A stretch of DNA of 64,000 bases, from assembly GCA_963718515.1 (NCBI GenBank), contig OY970354.1, positions 758,808 through 822,807 of the forward strand, read 5' to 3'. Position 1 is the first letter of the stretch. Every line of letters starts with the position of its first letter. Shown here piece after piece: positions 11,693 through 20,955 of the stretch. The notes beneath the pieces are model-generated. The model was not told where the DNA came from and ran no database searches. It was given only the letters and a program-made list of their open reading frames with translations. Source of the stretch: an uncultured bacterium. GTDB taxonomy: Bacteria > Patescibacteriota > Minisyncoccia > UBA6257 > 2-01-FULL-56-20. The position numbers were made by a program, and so were the translations under genes.

Positions 11693-11800
11693 GGATGTGT
11701 GCTTCGATTGTAATTCTAAAAAGGCGGCGGAGCAAACGACGCTCTATGGTATTTCCAGAGTTTTGCGCTAGAATAAATGTGGAACAAGGAGAGGTGCACG

Positions 11801-11983
11801 ATGTGCAATACGATAACGGAATCACTGAGAGAAACGGAACGGAAAGTGTTTCCCGGTAGCCACGAAGACGCCGGGGACGATGGACGGATGCGCAAACCTC
11901 AAGAACAGCATCCCCTTCCGATGCCAACGACGCTTGGCGAAGGCCGCGACTATCACCCGAATATGATGGCCGACGACCGGTAG
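11801..11983 (+). CDS. Candidate small acidic protein (60 aa) or a non-coding transcript
   Basis: A strong SD (AAGGAGAGG) lies 6 nt before the ATG at 11801. A plus-strand intrinsic terminator follows about 30 nt after the stop. This is the only plus-strand unit between two minus-strand genes. The protein is low-complexity, so coding status is uncertain. Confidence 0.35.
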   Translation: MCNTITESLRETERKVFPGSHEDAGDDGRMRKPQEQHPLPMPTTLGEGRDYHPNMMADDR

Positions 11984-12013
11984 TCAAACAACGCCGGGTG
12001 ATACTATGAAACC

Positions 12014-12047
12014 ACGGACGCCCCTACTGAGGGACGTCCGTTTTTTA
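12014..12047 (+). terminator. Rho-independent terminator
   Basis: The hairpin ACGGACGCCCC-tactga-GGGACGTCCGT (7 bp, one mismatch, then 3 bp) is followed by TTTTTT. Confidence 0.7.
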
Positions 12048-12069
12048 TTAAGGGGAAACTTTTTTATCC

Positions 12070-13161
12070 CTACAACACCACCGCGTGGAGGAACCCGATA
12101 TTCTGATTCAGCATCACGCACAATCCTGCCACAACGATCACGAGCACACCGCTCATGATAAGCCTCGGATATTGCACGCGGATGTTGATGAAAATATTCA
12201 ACACGAGCGCGAGCGCGAAGATCACCATCAATATAAGATAAAAATCATCGGTCACGGTTTTTGGATCGGAGAAGAGCGTTTGGATGGCATTGTTCTGCAC
12301 CGCGGGGGCGCCGGTATTGGCCGTGACGGGGATAGTGGTTTGCACGCTTGACGCCGGCGCGCTGGCTGGCGACGTCTGCCCTGCCTGCGTGCTCGCGCCT
12401 TTTACGGCAACGAAGGACTGCTGTGAACTTGTGGTTTGTGAATTCTGTATTGCGACGACCGTCGGCACGGTTGCCACGGGCGCGGGCTTTGCCGTGGTCG
12501 CCGGCTTCTTTATCGGTGCTGATGTAGGTGTAGGCGCTGGCACCGTGGCCGCACTCGCGGTATCCACGAACGCGACCGGCGCGATTGCCGGAGCGGGCGT
12601 GCCGAATTCCTCCACCACATACGTGGCAGGCTCGCCGTTATAGATCCCCTGCGCGGTGGCGATGCCGATCTGGGTAAAGTTCACGCTTAAAATATTCGCG
12701 CGATGTTCCGGCGAATTCATCCACGCATTCGTCACATCCTGCGAATCGGAAAAATTCACCGCAAGATTTTCTCCCGCATAATCAAAGCTGTATCCCACTT
12801 GCTCGAACCAATACCACGGCGTAAGCCCCTGCGGGCTCGTGTGCGCAAAATATCCTTTGGTCGCCATATCGTTCGCTTTTTCCTGCGCCGCCGTTTGGAG
12901 CAACGGGCTTACTTGCAGGTCCGGCAAACCGTTCGCCACCCGGTTCTGGTTGGTCTCATCGACGAGCGCGTTCGCCTCGATGATGCCGTAAAGCGTCGAT
13001 CGCGGCACAAGATATTTTGCGCCGAACACAAATGCCGACTCGGCAACGAGCACCACTGCGCAGATGAACGCGATGGCCTGCGGCCGCAATACATACGGCT
13101 TATTATCGTTCTCTTCCTGGGGGATGAAATAATTCTTAAAAGCGCGCTTGACCCTGCTCAT
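12070..13161 (-). CDS. CAP/SCP (PR-1-like) domain protein with N- and C-terminal TM segments
   Basis: The CAP-domain motifs are GYFAHTSPQG...WMNSPEHRANIL...IGIA. An N-terminal TM helix, a Pro/Thr/Ala-rich linker and a C-terminal TM helix flank the domain. Confidence 0.75.
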   Translation of the reverse strand: MSRVKRAFKNYFIPQEENDNKPYVLRPQAIAFICAVVLVAESAFVFGAKYLVPRSTLYGIIEANALVDETNQNRVANGLPDLQVSPLLQTAAQEKANDMATKGYFAHTSPQGLTPWYWFEQVGYSFDYAGENLAVNFSDSQDVTNAWMNSPEHRANILSVNFTQIGIATAQGIYNGEPATYVVEEFGTPAPAIAPVAFVDTASAATVPAPTPTSAPIKKPATTAKPAPVATVPTVVAIQNSQTTSSQQSFVAVKGASTQAGQTSPASAPASSVQTTIPVTANTGAPAVQNNAIQTLFSDPKTVTDDFYLILMVIFALALVLNIFINIRVQYPRLIMSGVLVIVVAGLCVMLNQNIGFLHAVVL

Positions 13162-13200
13162 GTGTTATGGGTATATTATATCATAATTCCCCCGATAACA

Positions 13201-13233
13201 CAACACCCCGCACCATTATGGTGCGGGGTGTTG
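13201..13233 (-). terminator. Strong hairpin downstream of the DUF11 gene (no clear U-tract)
   Basis: CAACACCCCGCACCA-tta-TGGTGCGGGGTGTTG forms a 15-bp perfect stem about 40 nt after the stop at 13272. Confidence 0.35.
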
Positions 13234-13271
13234 CATATTCGAGAGAAGATCACTGCCGAAAGCGAAGCCTT

Positions 13272-16200
13272 CTACTCACCACTCGTGTCCACGTGAAGCG
13301 CCGGCATCGGGATGTTGAGCGGCGGGCACATAATGAGGTTGATCCACCGCTGTGTCGTTTGATAGACATAGCCGGTAGGAGTGAACTGCGTCGGGAGTCC
13401 CAATGGGACCCACGGCGCGAGCACCTCAATATGGTACTTCACCTGGAACTGGTCGACTGCGGCGATCGTCGCTGAATCGTAATCCCCCGTGATCGGCAAG
13501 CTGAGTCCAAGATTCTGGTTAAGGAATATTTGGAGCTTCTTTACCTCTGTGGGGTCATTAAGATTTTGGCGAATCGGATGGATGTATTGGTTGAGGTAAA
13601 GTCCACAGCTTGCGCCGAGAACCTGGCCTCCGCCATTGCCACCTCCGCCGCCGTTGCCGCCGCCTGAGGCTACGCCAACGGTTCCGCCACCGCCACCTCC
13701 GCCACCATTGCCGCCGCCACCGCTGGTTCCACCGACATCGATTGTCGCGCTCGAGGTATTATTGCCCGAGAGCGGATCAATGACGGTCGGCGATTCCGAA
13801 ACGGTGCTTGTGTTCGTAATGATGGTTCCGTCCGGCGCGTTTACGGTTGCTGTGATGACAAGCACTGCCTGATCGCTGGCGGCGAGTTGGCCGATCGTCC
13901 AGACCCCCGTCGAGCTCACGTAGGAGCCTTCCGACGAAGTTGCTGAAACGAACGTTACCCCCGCTGGCAACAGGTCATGCGCCACCACACCAAACGATGC
14001 CGAAGGGCCGGTTGCGCTCACGGTCAGAGTGTAGTGAATGGTCGCGCCCGATGCCGGGTCTGCGTTATCCACCGTCTTCACGATGCCGATCTCGGCGCTC
14101 GGGGTGTTTCCACCACCTCCGCCGCCGCAGTTGCTCGTGCAACCACCGGCCCCCCCATTCGATTGCACTGCAATCGAAACGGATGAAGAGTTGTTGCCAA
14201 GGTTCGGATCAACGATCGAACTCAACTGCGAAACCGTCGCGGTGTTCGTGATCGTCTGGCCGGCATAGGCCCCGCTCACCGCCGCGCTATAGCTAAGCGT
14301 TGCGGTCGAGCTCGGGCTGACCGTTCCGACATTCCACACGCCGGTGCCCATGTTATAGGATCCTTGCGTGGTGGTCGCGGCGATCATCGCGAGGCCGATC
14401 GGCAACTGGTCATGCGCCACGACCATCGTCGATGTCGCAGGGCCGTTGTCGGTCACGGTCACCGTGAAGTTGATGGTCGCTCCCCCTTGCGGGTTCGCGT
14501 TATCAACTGTCTTCGCGATCGCGATGTCGGCAGTGGTTGTATTGCCACTTCCGCCGCCACAGTTGCTCGTGCAACTGGCTGGCCGAATGTGGACCGAGAC
14601 GCTTGAACTGTTGTTCGCAAGATCAAGGTCGGTCGTGCTTGCTGACGCCATTACGGTCGCGACATTGGTAATCGTGGTACTTGCGGTACCGGTCGCGTTC
14701 ACGAGCGCGTCGATCGTAAGGGTTGCCGTCGAACTTGCCGAGAGCGCACCGATCGTCCAGGTTCCCGTCGAGCTCGCGTAGGAGCCTTCTGACGTGGTTG
14801 CTGAAACAAAGGTGAGTCCCGTTGGCAAGGTGTCGGTCGCCACGACGCCGGTTGACGTCGCAGGGCCGTTGTCGGTCACCGCAATCGTGTAATTGATCGC
14901 ACCGCCCGGCGTGGTCGATGTCACATCCGCGGTCTTCTTTATAGAGAGATCCGCATAAGGGATTGCCGGCGTGCAAAGCGGCGTCTTGGAGAATCCGCCC
15001 GCAATGACGAACGGAATGTTCGGATAGTGGTAAGGATCGGCGTCGCTCGCGAACGAGCTGAGCGCCATTCCGTACCAGAGATCCAGCTGCGTATCACAGG
15101 GAGCAATGTTGATCACAAACTCATGTGTCGCGCCCGGCGCGATCGTCGGCGTCGAAGTGACGTCAACGGGCGTCTGGGTGGTGAGCCATCCAACATTGTA
15201 CGGTTGGATGTACACCTTGTACGACGCAAAGGAGGTTGTCGCGATCGAACAGGAGGTCCCGTTCGTCAGCTCAACCCACGAGGTGCTCGTGGTCACTCCT
15301 ATCCCCCTGAGAGTGATCTGATGGCTATTGAACGCGGCTTCGAACTGAGCCGCGGTAAGCGTGCAGGGCCCGCCACCACCGCCGTTCGATTGGACGTTGA
15401 TTGAGGCGCTGGACGAATTATTCGCGAGGTTCGGATCGATCTCGGCTGAGGACTCGCTCGCGGTCGCGGTGTTCGTGATCGTCGTGCCGGCGGTGCCGGT
15501 CGCGTTCACAAGCGCGTCGATCGTGAGGGTTGCCGTTGAACTTGCGTTCAACGTGCCGATGGTCCACTTGCCGGTCGACGTCGCGTACGTGCCAACCGAG
15601 GCCGTTGCATTCTCGAACGTGAGTCCGGAAGGCAATGCATCGGTCGCAACGACGTCGGTTGACGTCGCAGGGCCATTATCGGTCACCGCGATCGTGTAAT
15701 TGACACTATCCCCCGTGCTCGGATTCGCGTTATCAACCGTCTTCGTGACCGAAAGGTCTGCCGAAGGGGTTGATGTCGGCGTCGAGGTGGTGACCACCGG
15801 TCCCAAAAATTGATTCAGGACGAGCAACTGCCGATTCGGCGTCGAGGTGGTGAGATAGATGTCGCCATCGCTATCCACGTTTCGCTGACCATCGTTCGAA
15901 GACGTAGCGTCGAACAACTGGCCGGAGTACGGGAAGAAGCTGGCGGTCGATGTTGCGATGCCGGTTATCTGGTCATCGTACATCGGTATTGCCCACGTGG
16001 TGGACGTCGCATTGATCTCTTCCTTGCCATAATAATAGTGGCCGAGGGTGAGATTGCTATACGTCAAACACTGGGCGGTATCCGTCGACGTGCTCATCGC
16101 TTTCGTGTCGAGCGCGAGCGGGGTGGTAAAGGTCGAGGTCGGCAGTACGCCGGCCGGCGATGCGGTCGAAGTCGGAACGGTGGCGATGCCGGCGACCGAA

Positions 16201-17360
16201 AAGGCCTGACCCGGAAACGCCGAACCGTCGACGATCGTGCCGCTCGCGTTCTCGATCAATTTGCACACCTGGATAGAGCCGAGGGTTGAGGTCGGCGTTA
16301 CCACTATTGGTTGCGAGACGAAGATCGAGACGCTCGAACTGTTATTCGCCGTGTTCGGATCGGTCGTGCTCGCCGATTCCTTTACGGTCGCGGTGTTCGT
16401 GATCGTCGTGCCGGCGGTGCCGGTCGCGTTCACAAGCGCGTCGATCGTGAGGGTTGCCGTTGAACTTGCGTTCAACGTGCCGATGGTCCACTTGCCGGTC
16501 GACGTCGCGTACGTGCCAACCGAGGCCGTTGCATTCTCGAACGTGAGTCCGGAAGGCAATGCATCGGTCGCAACGACGTCGGTTGACGTCGCAGGGCCAT
16601 TATCGGTCACCGCGATCGTGTAATTCACCGCGCCGCCCGGAATGGTCGACGTGACATCTGCGGTCTTTGCGATCGCAATGTCGGCGACCGCCGGAGTGGA
16701 GGTCGGGGTCACTACCGGTTGTGCAACCGCGAGCGACGCACCGGTCACCGCGGAAGTTTGCGTGCACGTGCTCTCCACGTAATCTACGTTTGGAGCGATC
16801 GTGATCGTCTTTCCTTCCGTCCCGGTATTTACCTTTGCGGTAACGTCGAGACTGACGAACGCGCCATCATTCAACGTGCCGACATTCCATATTCCCGTCG
16901 AGCTTGCGTACGTTCCGATCGAAGGACTCGCCGAAACGAACGTGAGCCGCGCCGGCACAACATCGGTGACCGTGAGGGTCGTCGTTGCTGTGAAGGAGTA
17001 GGCTGCCTGTAACTCGTAGGTGATGGTATCTCCGACATTCGGTGTCGCGTTGCTAAGAGAGTCAACGCTCATGCCGGTCGCGATCGCGCAATCGGTGCTT
17101 CCGGAATTTGTAGAACTGGAAGACGAAGATGTCGAAGTGGAATTCGAGCCGCTCGAACCCGAGCTCGAGCTAGAACTCGAACTGCTTGATGTCGAAGAAG
17201 ATGTGGTCGTGTCTGCGTGCGCTACATTCGCAGGATTGATCCCGGCCGTAATGACCGGGCCTGCAACGCCCGAAACGATCATGCCAAAGAGTGCCATAAC
17301 GACTAATCCCTTTGTCACGATCCGCTTGGACGTGAAAAACTGATTGAATGTTTTTGACAT
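13272..17360 (-). CDS. Giant surface protein with multiple DUF11-type repeat domains and a C-terminal peptidoglycan-binding-like domain
   Basis: The 1362-aa ORF is intact. It has an N-terminal signal/TM segment and a poly-Ser tract. At least 6 repeats follow the pattern 'ADLSVTKTVDNANP..G..VNYTI.VTDNGPATST.VVATD.LP.GLTF..AT.S.G.Y...TG.W.IG.L....ATLTI.A.V' (DUF11-like). Gly runs precede a C-terminal segment, LQIFLNQNLGLSLPITGDYDSATIAAVDQFQ, that is PG_binding_1-like. Confidence 0.85.
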   Translation of the reverse strand: MSKTFNQFFTSKRIVTKGLVVMALFGMIVSGVAGPVITAGINPANVAHADTTTSSSTSSSSSSSSSSGSSGSNSTSTSSSSSSTNSGSTDCAIATGMSVDSLSNATPNVGDTITYELQAAYSFTATTTLTVTDVVPARLTFVSASPSIGTYASSTGIWNVGTLNDGAFVSLDVTAKVNTGTEGKTITIAPNVDYVESTCTQTSAVTGASLAVAQPVVTPTSTPAVADIAIAKTADVTSTIPGGAVNYTIAVTDNGPATSTDVVATDALPSGLTFENATASVGTYATSTGKWTIGTLNASSTATLTIDALVNATGTAGTTITNTATVKESASTTDPNTANNSSSVSIFVSQPIVVTPTSTLGSIQVCKLIENASGTIVDGSAFPGQAFSVAGIATVPTSTASPAGVLPTSTFTTPLALDTKAMSTSTDTAQCLTYSNLTLGHYYYGKEEINATSTTWAIPMYDDQITGIATSTASFFPYSGQLFDATSSNDGQRNVDSDGDIYLTTSTPNRQLLVLNQFLGPVVTTSTPTSTPSADLSVTKTVDNANPSTGDSVNYTIAVTDNGPATSTDVVATDALPSGLTFENATASVGTYATSTGKWTIGTLNASSTATLTIDALVNATGTAGTTITNTATASESSAEIDPNLANNSSSASINVQSNGGGGGPCTLTAAQFEAAFNSHQITLRGIGVTTSTSWVELTNGTSCSIATTSFASYKVYIQPYNVGWLTTQTPVDVTSTPTIAPGATHEFVINIAPCDTQLDLWYGMALSSFASDADPYHYPNIPFVIAGGFSKTPLCTPAIPYADLSIKKTADVTSTTPGGAINYTIAVTDNGPATSTGVVATDTLPTGLTFVSATTSEGSYASSTGTWTIGALSASSTATLTIDALVNATGTASTTITNVATVMASASTTDLDLANNSSSVSVHIRPASCTSNCGGGSGNTTTADIAIAKTVDNANPQGGATINFTVTVTDNGPATSTMVVAHDQLPIGLAMIAATTTQGSYNMGTGVWNVGTVSPSSTATLSYSAAVSGAYAGQTITNTATVSQLSSIVDPNLGNNSSSVSIAVQSNGGAGGCTSNCGGGGGGNTPSAEIGIVKTVDNADPASGATIHYTLTVSATGPSASFGVVAHDLLPAGVTFVSATSSEGSYVSSTGVWTIGQLAASDQAVLVITATVNAPDGTIITNTSTVSESPTVIDPLSGNNTSSATIDVGGTSGGGGNGGGGGGGGTVGVASGGGNGGGGGNGGGQVLGASCGLYLNQYIHPIRQNLNDPTEVKKLQIFLNQNLGLSLPITGDYDSATIAAVDQFQVKYHIEVLAPWVPLGLPTQFTPTGYVYQTTQRWINLIMCPPLNIPMPALHVDTSGE
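15461..15701. repeat. 241-bp perfect direct repeat, copy 1 (inside the DUF11 gene)
   Basis: By eye this is base-for-base identical to 16385..16625 (cggtcgcggtgttcgtgatcgtcgtgccggcgg...atcgtgtaatt). Confidence 0.9.
16385..16625. repeat. 241-bp perfect direct repeat, copy 2 (inside the DUF11 gene)
   Basis: This copy is identical to 15461..15701, offset by 924 bp (in frame). It encodes the duplicated peptide DNGPATSTDVVATDALPSGLTFENATASVGTYATSTGKWTIGTLNASSTATLTIDALVNATGTAGTTITNTAT. Confidence 0.9.
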
Positions 17361-17506
17361 TCTTTTTTGTAATATATTTATTTTTTACGACTCTTTATGA
17401 AAAAATGTAAAAGAGCCGAAAAAATGTATTTGTTAAGGTACTATTCGCACAGAACTAACTGCACTGGTTATATCATAAAGATGCATAAAATGCAAGGCCT
17501 CGCGTA

Positions 17507-17536
17507 TTGACAGCCACTCCTTATGTATGGTATTAA
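17507..17536 (+). promoter_or_regulatory. Candidate sigma-70-type promoter of the plus-strand surface operon
   Basis: TTGACA (17507-17512), an 18-nt spacer, and TATTAA (17531-17536) lie about 60 nt upstream of the ATG at 17595. Confidence 0.4.
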
Positions 17537-17594
17537 TACGTCGGGTTGCAGATCCTTGACAACCTGTTTCAAAATCTAAGCAGAGGTAGATGAA

Positions 17595-18473
17595 ATGAAG
17601 ATGAAGAGTCGTTACGCGACGGCATTTGCCGTTATCGTGTTGTTTGCGCTCACCGCGCAGGCACAGACCCCAAGCACGCCAGCTCCCGTCACCCCTCCCG
17701 TGCAAGTGCAGACCGTCACTGGAAACGCCGGTGTCGGCTACTCTGGCACAAGCGGGGATACCACCACCGGCGGATTCGCTGCCGGAGTCGGTTCGAACAC
17801 CTACGGCGCGAGCGACCCATCGGCCGCGAGCGGCGCAGCAGGAGCAGCGGGCGTCGGCACGGGCACGACAACCACCAATCCCACTGGCGCTTCCGCAACC
17901 GACAAATCGGTCGTGAGCGGATTCTCCAACGCAACCGGGGCAAGCACAAACGTCGGCGTGAGCGGAACAGCTCAGTCGGGAGATTGGGCCGGCACCGGTG
18001 GAAAATCCACGACATACGGATACGGCGGAGGCACGCAGGAAGGAACCTATGCCGGCACCGATGCCGCAAGTGCTCCTCTTACGGGCAGTGGAGATGCCGA
18101 CGCGACGGGAACAACGACCGTCAACGCGGCCGGCGGCGGAACTGACCACGCGACCAGCAATGGCAGTGTGACCGGTACGGCGACGGGATCGAGTACTTTT
18201 CAAACCAACGATCCGTCCGCAACGCAAACCAACTCCGCAGGAGTCAGTGGCAATGCATCACTCGGCATTCAGGGCGTCGCAGGAGACCTAAAGGGAAGCT
18301 ATGCCGTAGGCAACGCCGGCGGAACTACAAACTTCGCTGGCACAAATCCTACGGGAGCAGCCGAATCAGGAAGCCAGACCATCTGCAGTAAAACCAACGC
18401 GACCGTCAACGGTAGCACTGTGTCAGCGTCGTCCAGCACTAACTCATCGGCATCGGTGAAACCCAGCAAGTAA
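17595..18473 (+). CDS. Secreted Gly/Thr/Ser/Ala-rich low-complexity protein
   Basis: The signal peptide is MKMKSRYATAFAVIVLFALTAQAQ. About 265 aa of G/T/S/A-rich sequence follow. An RBS (cagaGGTAGa) is present. The antisense ORF 17433..18227 is judged spurious. Confidence 0.7.
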   Translation: MKMKSRYATAFAVIVLFALTAQAQTPSTPAPVTPPVQVQTVTGNAGVGYSGTSGDTTTGGFAAGVGSNTYGASDPSAASGAAGAAGVGTGTTTTNPTGASATDKSVVSGFSNATGASTNVGVSGTAQSGDWAGTGGKSTTYGYGGGTQEGTYAGTDAASAPLTGSGDADATGTTTVNAAGGGTDHATSNGSVTGTATGSSTFQTNDPSATQTNSAGVSGNASLGIQGVAGDLKGSYAVGNAGGTTNFAGTNPTGAAESGSQTICSKTNATVNGSTVSASSSTNSSASVKPSK

Positions 18474-18538
18474 TTCTCCGTGGGAGCGGCGGCATAAAAA
18501 CCACCGCTCCCGCCACCTTCAATCCCAGGAGGAATTGA

Positions 18539-20017
18539 ATGAAAAAACGAATAATTATTTTGTTGTTGGCGCTCTCGTTCGCCGCTGCTCCCCTGGGACG
18601 CTCCCAGACGGAACCGGATCACGGAAATCCTCCCATCATGGGTGGAAATCCTCCCACGAACGATCCTGGCAACGGAAAGAACAATCCAACTCCAAAAGGC
18701 AATCCGCCCGGCGGAGGGACAAACCCCGGCACTGGCAACGGAGGCCCGGGCACCGGTACTGGTACTATGCCTGCAGGAAACGACCCATCCAAGTCGCCAC
18801 CCCAAACGGGCGGTAAAGATAAAGGTGGCGACAACGGCGCGAGTAGCACGAGCGGTTCAAACGCAGGAGCTGACGCGGTCATCAACATGAACAGTTCGAC
18901 AGGAAAATCGTTCATCGGAGCCACCCCTGGCTCAACAAATCCAGGGCCGTTCCCGGGATATAGCAGTGAGAATGGCGGCTGTCGCCCGCTACATCCAGCG
19001 GCCGAACAAACGCTTACTATGGAGGAAATTCGCTCCATGGCGAGTCACAGCAAACTTGCTAAGCACATGCGCGTCACCGTACTCGATGCCCATGCCATTC
19101 CGCAGAACGATGATCCCATCCAGTTCGTAGACTACAACGCGAAGGCGATCATCAATCCAGGCGATAAAATCCTGGCAAGTATCGTCGTCCCGAGCAAATT
19201 CCTGTACACCGAGGAAGAAGTTATAGGTGTAGCCCTCCTCAAAGCAAAAGAGGTTTCGAACACAAGAAGGGTCAGCGCAGCAGAATGCTGGCAAACCGAA
19301 AGCATCACCAAGGCACATTCGTTCGGCATTGGAATATCATCTGCGGGTTCGCCCGGAGACGGTAGTACCACGAGCGCCGGTGCACTTGGTTATGCGGCGG
19401 GCAAAAACGTTGCCACAAGGGAAGACCATGCAGTAGTGTACGTCTTTGCCATGAATGACAACGGCGGACTTGTTGAACCGCCCGATCAGACAAAAAAGGA
19501 TACGCCGCCGGCGCAGGCAGAAACGCCTCCGCCTCCACCTCAACAACAAGCACCACCTCCGCCGGAGAATCTCCGAGGCGTGGTGGTAAGACGTGAAGAA
19601 CCAGCACCGCCAGCGCCTTCACCGGCACCGGATATCGGGCCTCCGCCAGTCGCAACGAACGAATGCGATCTTCCGAAATTCACGGTTTACTTCCACTTCG
19701 ACTACCCGAAGACGGATCACCTGGAAGTGGATCCTCCATACCAGGAGGGTATCAAGGTGGTCGCACAATGGGTGATCAATCATCCCGAGTGCGAGATTCA
19801 GATCCAAGGGCACACCGATAAGGTGGCGTCCGAGAATTACAACTGGGCGCTCGGCGGCCGGCGTGCGACAGCGGTATACAACCTGCTGATCGCCGACGGC
19901 GCTCCGAAAGAAAAATTGCAAAAGGCTTCACTCGGCAAGGATCTTCCCAAGGGGGATTACGACAAAGAGAACCGCAGGGTCATCCTGCGCGTACTCACGT
20001 CGGCTTCCGGGAAGTAA
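18539..20017 (+). CDS. Secreted Pro/Gly-rich protein with a C-terminal OmpA_C-like (peptidoglycan-binding) domain
   Basis: The signal peptide is MKKRIIILLLALSFAAAPLGRSQ and the RBS is AGGAGGA. The C-terminus, IQIQGHTDKVASENYNWALGGRRATAVYNLLIADGAPKEKL...RRVILRV, is OmpA-family. Confidence 0.8.
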   Translation: MKKRIIILLLALSFAAAPLGRSQTEPDHGNPPIMGGNPPTNDPGNGKNNPTPKGNPPGGGTNPGTGNGGPGTGTGTMPAGNDPSKSPPQTGGKDKGGDNGASSTSGSNAGADAVINMNSSTGKSFIGATPGSTNPGPFPGYSSENGGCRPLHPAAEQTLTMEEIRSMASHSKLAKHMRVTVLDAHAIPQNDDPIQFVDYNAKAIINPGDKILASIVVPSKFLYTEEEVIGVALLKAKEVSNTRRVSAAECWQTESITKAHSFGIGISSAGSPGDGSTTSAGALGYAAGKNVATREDHAVVYVFAMNDNGGLVEPPDQTKKDTPPAQAETPPPPPQQQAPPPPENLRGVVVRREEPAPPAPSPAPDIGPPPVATNECDLPKFTVYFHFDYPKTDHLEVDPPYQEGIKVVAQWVINHPECEIQIQGHTDKVASENYNWALGGRRATAVYNLLIADGAPKEKLQKASLGKDLPKGDYDKENRRVILRVLTSASGK

Positions 20018-20093
20018 GCTGTTAAGCCGGCGGGGGCTGGTTCGCAAGAATCAGCTCCCGCTACAACCTTCACCGCACGACCCACATCATCCG

Positions 20094-20125
20094 GACATTT
20101 GTCTGGAAGAACTGTCCATTTGGAC
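20094..20125 (+). promoter_or_regulatory. Two short hairpins with a conserved C-ATTT-G loop, upstream of gene 3 of the operon
   Basis: The hairpins are GAC-ATTT-GTC (20094-20103) and GTCC-ATTT-GGAC (20114-20125), just before the RBS of the 20137 gene. Confidence 0.4.
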
Positions 20126-20136
20126 GGAGGGATACG

Positions 20137-20955
20137 ATGAAACACTTACTGACATTATCCTTTGCACTGATGCTTTGCATCGGCGCAACCGCGCAAACCA
20201 CAGTCACCGTTACTGGATATGATAAGGACGGTGATTATGAATTGACATCTGCCATGGAGCAGAAACTTACCACCAACGCAGTTGGTCCGATCAAGTTGGC
20301 GCTGTCGCATATGACGGACGGGAAAGTGATCATCGCAATCGATGGTTACGCATCCCGGACCGGCACGCACGGGATCAACGAGAATATGGGCGAGAAGCGC
20401 GCGGAGCAAGTGGAAAGCTTCTTTAAGCGGTCATTTCCAAACGCGATCTTCTCTCCCCTCACCAAGGGCGACCGGGCAGATTCGCGAATGGTGATCGTTT
20501 CATGGAAAGTGATCGGCACAGCTAACCCAGCTCCGCCGGCACCTCCAAAGAACGAAGATCTTCGCAATGCGCTGTTGATCGGAAGTGTACCCGCAAGCGG
20601 TACCATCATCATTCTCGTCGCATGGTTTATCACCTCAAGACGGAAACCCGAGCTCCAACCCATCGCGCAGGCAGAAGCAGTGGTGCCAGCCATTGAAGCC
20701 CCAGCAGCACCCGCACCAGAAATAAAGTTTGTGGATGTCGAGTCCGGAGGATACCGCTACACGGTTCCCGTCACGATTCAAAACGGAAATCGGTATCTGC
20801 CATTCCCGACGCAGGAAAATCCGAACGAGCTACTTCGGCGCATTGATGCAAAGGCCGCAAGGAACTGCATCAAAAAATGCATCGAAAATCCTTTCTACCA
20901 ACCGACGATCGAGCGATTGATCGCCGAAGAAACAATCAAAAAGGAGAAGTCGTGA
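20137..20955 (+). CDS. Signal peptide, divergent OmpA-like domain, TM helix and cytoplasmic tail protein
   Basis: The signal peptide is MKHLLTLSFALMLCIGATAQ. IIAIDGYASRTGTHGINENMGEKRAEQVESFF resembles the OmpA_C core. The TM helix is LLIGSVPASGTIIILVAWFI. The RBS is GGAGGGA. Confidence 0.65.
   Translation: MKHLLTLSFALMLCIGATAQTTVTVTGYDKDGDYELTSAMEQKLTTNAVGPIKLALSHMTDGKVIIAIDGYASRTGTHGINENMGEKRAEQVESFFKRSFPNAIFSPLTKGDRADSRMVIVSWKVIGTANPAPPAPPKNEDLRNALLIGSVPASGTIIILVAWFITSRRKPELQPIAQAEAVVPAIEAPAAPAPEIKFVDVESGGYRYTVPVTIQNGNRYLPFPTQENPNELLRRIDAKAARNCIKKCIENPFYQPTIERLIAEETIKKEKS

Noticed and set aside
11720-11770. The tmRNA-like tag start 'GCAAACGACGCT' (A-N-D-A...) followed by a short ORF ending in TAA, near a 5' segment resembling GG...TTCGA.
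   Set aside because: The resume codon would lie only about 40 nt from the putative 5' end. No T-arm or acceptor 3' end (GGTTCGAATCC...CCA-like) lies downstream. The tag would end ...FALE rather than in an Ala-rich C-terminus. The match is most likely coincidental.
13630-13745. Simple-sequence 'ccgccgcc/ccacc' tracts that look like a tandem repeat.
   Set aside because: They encode the poly-Gly/Asn linker (GGGNGGGGGGGG...) of the DUF11 protein on the minus strand, so this is a coding low-complexity region rather than a separate repeat element.
17433-18227. A 264-aa minus-strand ORF.
   Set aside because: It is antisense to the plus-strand secreted-protein gene 17595..18473, which has an RBS, a signal peptide and operon context. 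The minus ORF is Arg/Cys/Gly-rich, as is typical of GC-rich antisense frames.
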